64,000 nt of DNA from an uncultured Acidobacteriota bacterium. Lineage in GTDB: Bacteria > Acidobacteriota > Thermoanaerobaculia > UBA5066 > DATFVB01. Position 1 is the first letter of the stretch. Each line of letters opens with the position of its first letter. Both the position numbers and the translations under genes were made by a program. Below are positions 61,438-64,000 of this stretch, piece by piece. The stretch spans positions 75,524 to 139,523 of the forward strand of contig CAWEYG010000005.1 of the NCBI GenBank assembly GCA_963813155.1. The letters run 5' to 3'. The notes under the pieces are model-generated. The model made no database searches. It saw only the letters and a list, made by a program, of their open reading frames with translations, and was not told the origin of the DNA.

Positions 61438-62151
61438 GTGAAGAAGCTTTTCGTCGCGAACTGGAAGATGAACAAGACGCGCGCCGAGGCGCTGGAGTTC
61501 CGGGAAGCGCTTTCGGGCCGCGCCGCGGAGCTCGGCGGGGTCGAAGTCGCGATCGCTCCCGCTTTTCCGTTTCTCCTCGAGCTCGTCGATTCCCGCGGCC
61601 GCTGGTCGACCGCGGGGCAGAATTGTTCGGCGGAGGCGGCCGGGGCATTCACCGGCGAGGTCTCGGCCTCGATGCTCGCCTCGTGCGGTTGCCGGTACGT
61701 GATCCTCGGCCATTCGGAACGGCGCAGGGATTTCGGCGAATCGGAGCCGCTCCTCGCTTCCAAGCTCGCGCGGGCGCGAGACGCGGGGCTCGTGCCGGTC
61801 TTCTGCGTGGGCGAGACCCAGAGGGAGCGGGGCGAAGGCCTGACCCGCGAAGTGCTCGTTCGCCATCTCGAGGCGCTGAGAAACGACCCTCCGCGCCTAC
61901 CGCTCGTCGTCGCCTACGAGCCGGTCTGGGCGATCGGCACGGGGCAGAACGCGACGCCCGAACAGGCGGGGGAGTCGATCGCCGAGATCCGGCGGCTCCT
62001 GCCGGGCCGCGCGGAGCTTCGAGTGCTGTACGGCGGCTCCGTGACTCCCGGGAATTCCGCCAACCTGCTGCGGCAGCCGGGAATCGACGGCTTCCTGATC
62101 GGGGGCGCGTCCCTCGACGCGGTGTCTTTCTGCTCGATTTGCCTGTCTTGA
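61438..62151 (+). CDS. tpiA: Triose-phosphate isomerase
   Basis: GTG start; VANWKMN...GHSERR...AYEPVWAIGTG...GGSV. Confidence 0.93.
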   Translation: MKKLFVANWKMNKTRAEALEFREALSGRAAELGGVEVAIAPAFPFLLELVDSRGRWSTAGQNCSAEAAGAFTGEVSASMLASCGCRYVILGHSERRRDFGESEPLLASKLARARDAGLVPVFCVGETQRERGEGLTREVLVRHLEALRNDPPRLPLVVAYEPVWAIGTGQNATPEQAGESIAEIRRLLPGRAELRVLYGGSVTPGNSANLLRQPGIDGFLIGGASLDAVSFCSICLS

Positions 62152-62236
62152 CTCCGTTTCGGAGTGTCTTGACCCCGTTTCGGCCCCCGGGCTATGATCT
62201 GCGGCTCCCTCGGAAGGGGGACCGGAAAGGTCGCTG

Positions 62237-62584
62237 ATGTTTACATTTCTCGTGGTTCTCTACATTTTCGTCTGCCTGTTCCTCATCCTCGTCGTGCTCC
62301 TCCAGCAGGGGCGGGGCGCCGACCTCGCCGGGGCCTTCGGCGGCGGAGGATCGCAGCAGACCTTCGGCCCGCGCGGGGCGGCGACTTTCCTGCACAAGCT
62401 GACGACCGGATTCTTCGTGGCTTTCATCGTGCTCGCGCTCGCGCTCGCGGTTGTCGAAAGCCGCCCGCAGTCGTCCGTGATTCGAGAAGGAACGAAGAAT
62501 CCGAAGACCGCTCCGAAACGGCCGGCTTCGTTTCCGGTTCCCGCGCCCACTCCCGCTCCGGCTCCGCCGAGCACGCAGAAGTAG
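62237..62584 (+). CDS. secG: Preprotein translocase subunit SecG
   Basis: [47 protein letters not shown]; conserved pgk-tpiA-secG synteny. Confidence 0.9.
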   Translation: MFTFLVVLYIFVCLFLILVVLLQQGRGADLAGAFGGGGSQQTFGPRGAATFLHKLTTGFFVAFIVLALALAVVESRPQSSVIREGTKNPKTAPKRPASFPVPAPTPAPAPPSTQK

Positions 62585-62592
62585 GTTCCCAT

Positions 62593-62677
<85 letters not shown>

Positions 62678-62694
62678 GACCTATCTTTTCCGGA

Positions 62695-64000
62695 TCAAAA
62701 CTCCCAGCTGAGTCCCAGGCGCGCGACCCGGGGAGCGACGGTTTCGACCGCCTCCTGGTAAGCGGGGCCCGTGACGTCGAAGTTCCGGGTCTTCGTCTGC
62801 GAATTCGCGAGGTTGAAGACGTCGAGCCGGGCGGAGAGGGTCCCGGCTCCGGCGCGAAACGATCTTTCGAGCCCGAGATCGAACGTCATTACATGCTCCG
62901 TGCGGGGGCCGTTGCGAATGTCGATTCCGGCGAGCGTGAGATTTCCCCGTTGCGCGGCGAACACGTAGAACGGCCCCTGGTTGAGGCCGGTCACGACGAC
63001 CTTTCGCGCGTATGGGGTCCCGTCGTAATACCGCCCCACGCAGCCGAGGCGAAACCCCGCCGGGAGACGGTAGAGAGCCCGGGCTTTCGCGATGTAGCCC
63101 CGGTCGTAGAAGAGGCGGCCGTCCGCATGAATGAGGGTGTTGGGGTTGTCGAACAGCGTGCCGATCACGCCCTCGTCGTACTCCTGGGACGTCAATCCCT
63201 GGCTCGCCTCGCCGACGATTGCGAACCCGGTGAATGACGCTTCCAGCTGAAGCCTTTCCCGGGCGTCGTTCCATCGCAGGAGAATCTGCGCCCCCCGATG
63301 AAAAGCGCGAAAACCCCGCGGGTTCGTCAGGAAGAAATGGTCGTCGCCGAGGGTCGCGGGATCCTGGTCGTAGACCGTGATCGTCTGGTCGTCCCCGGTT
63401 CCCGGGATTCCGTCCCGTCCGGGGTCGACGTAGGAGACGGGGGTATAGCTCGACGCCGGCACGCCCGTGTTCACGGTTTCGAGCAGGTTCTTCTCGTAGC
63501 TCTGCCGCAGGGTGACGCCGAGCGCGAGGCGGGGTCCCGGCCGCCATTGTCCGAGAAACTCGAATGCGTCCGTGACGGGCGCCTGCAGATGGGGATCGAG
63601 GCTCGTGTTCCGGCCGCCGAAAACCCGGAGCGTCGTTGCGTCTTCCCCCGGCTGGTACTGCGAGTCGCCGTTCGCGTCGACCCAGGTCGCGACGCGCCCG
63701 CTCGGGGCGCGCGGATCGGCGGTCTCGAGCTGCTGCCCGAGCAACTCGTGCGCGTAGCGGGCGTAAGAGCCCTGGAACAGGAAGTGCTTGCCGGCGGGAA
63801 CCGTGATCGCGATTCTCGGAGAGACCGTCGTCCAGCGAACTTCGCCGACGGAGGTCCCCGGAAGCCAGCCGGAAGTGGATTCGAGCCGTGCTCCCGCGGA
63901 AAGCGTGAAGAGATCTCCCGCGCGCGTCTCGGTCTGGACGAACAGCGACAGGTTCCGAACCCGCTGGCGGCTGCGAGGATCCGGGTCGAACAGGGTAACC
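62695..64000 (-). CDS. TonB-dependent receptor-like outer-membrane beta-barrel protein, C-terminal portion (5' end beyond the window)
   Basis: The frame is open from 64000 down to the stop at 62695 (the ORF track started it at an internal TTG). C-terminus ...ARLGLSWEF* is a typical OMP terminal-Phe motif; alternating beta-strand pattern. Confidence 0.7.
   Translation of the reverse strand, partial: VTLFDPDPRSRQRVRNLSLFVQTETRAGDLFTLSAGARLESTSGWLPGTSVGEVRWTTVSPRIAITVPAGKHFLFQGSYARYAHELLGQQLETADPRAPSGRVATWVDANGDSQYQPGEDATTLRVFGGRNTSLDPHLQAPVTDAFEFLGQWRPGPRLALGVTLRQSYEKNLLETVNTGVPASSYTPVSYVDPGRDGIPGTGDDQTITVYDQDPATLGDDHFFLTNPRGFRAFHRGAQILLRWNDARERLQLEASFTGFAIVGEASQGLTSQEYDEGVIGTLFDNPNTLIHADGRLFYDRGYIAKARALYRLPAGFRLGCVGRYYDGTPYARKVVVTGLNQGPFYVFAAQRGNLTLAGIDIRNGPRTEHVMTFDLGLERSFRAGAGTLSARLDVFNLANSQTKTRNFDVTGPAYQEAVETVAPRVARLGLSWEF

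Overview
High-GC (~68-70%) bacterial chromosomal segment, almost certainly origin-proximal, with a gene content typical of Acidobacteria-like soil bacteria.

Gene order along the window:
- 5' end: C-terminus of jag/khpB, then mnmE-mnmG-rsmG-parA-parB. parB is translationally coupled (ATGA overlap) to a bactofilin gene.
- A split F1Fo ATP synthase operon (b', b, delta, alpha, gamma, beta, epsilon) with no a or c subunit genes.
- Minus strand: a GT39-like membrane protein and an S9 prolyl oligopeptidase.
- Plus strand: a GNAT acetyltransferase, a TauE/SafE exporter, and an ABC-2 exporter followed by a secreted protein.
- Plus strand: an alpha/beta hydrolase, then a frameshifted DUF457 (YdjM-like) gene.
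- A three-gene cassette: group II PLP decarboxylase, an unusual Rieske-flavin reductase fusion, and a hypothetical protein.
- A long minus-strand block: RND pump (AcrB-like) with its adaptor, a TIGR03960-like radical SAM protein, YceI, a B12-binding radical SAM protein, and a MOFRL glycerate-kinase-like gene.
- A C45 Ntn-hydrolase, a LolD/LolE-like ABC pair and a LolA-like protein.
- A minus-strand signalling operon: cupredoxin protein, HAMP Ser/Thr kinase, outer-membrane beta-barrel, receiver-like protein.
- A small glutaredoxin-like ORF whose active-site Cys codon is an in-frame TGA (candidate selenoprotein).
- An OPT transporter, amidohydrolase, SnoaL-like protein and a methyltransferase.
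- kbl and tdh, separated by an inserted arsR/AHSA1 pair plus a repeat element.
- A class II aldolase, two hypothetical genes, queD-like, qor, an ALDH, an S10 peptidase and mtnA.
- pgk-tpiA-secG-tRNA-Leu(GAG), then the partial C-terminus of a TonB-dependent-receptor-like protein.

The two most notable signals:
1. A ~110-nt highly structured intergenic repeat present three times (19.95 kb, 50.23 kb, and 59.95 kb inverted).
2. A recurring pattern of single-base insertions in G/C homopolymers that frameshift otherwise conserved genes: mnmE (three times), DUF457 (about twice), AADC, amidohydrolase, aldolase and one hypothetical. Uncorrected sequencing/basecalling indels are the most likely cause rather than true pseudogenes.

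Most long minus-strand ORFs in the six-frame track are antisense artefacts of the high GC content.
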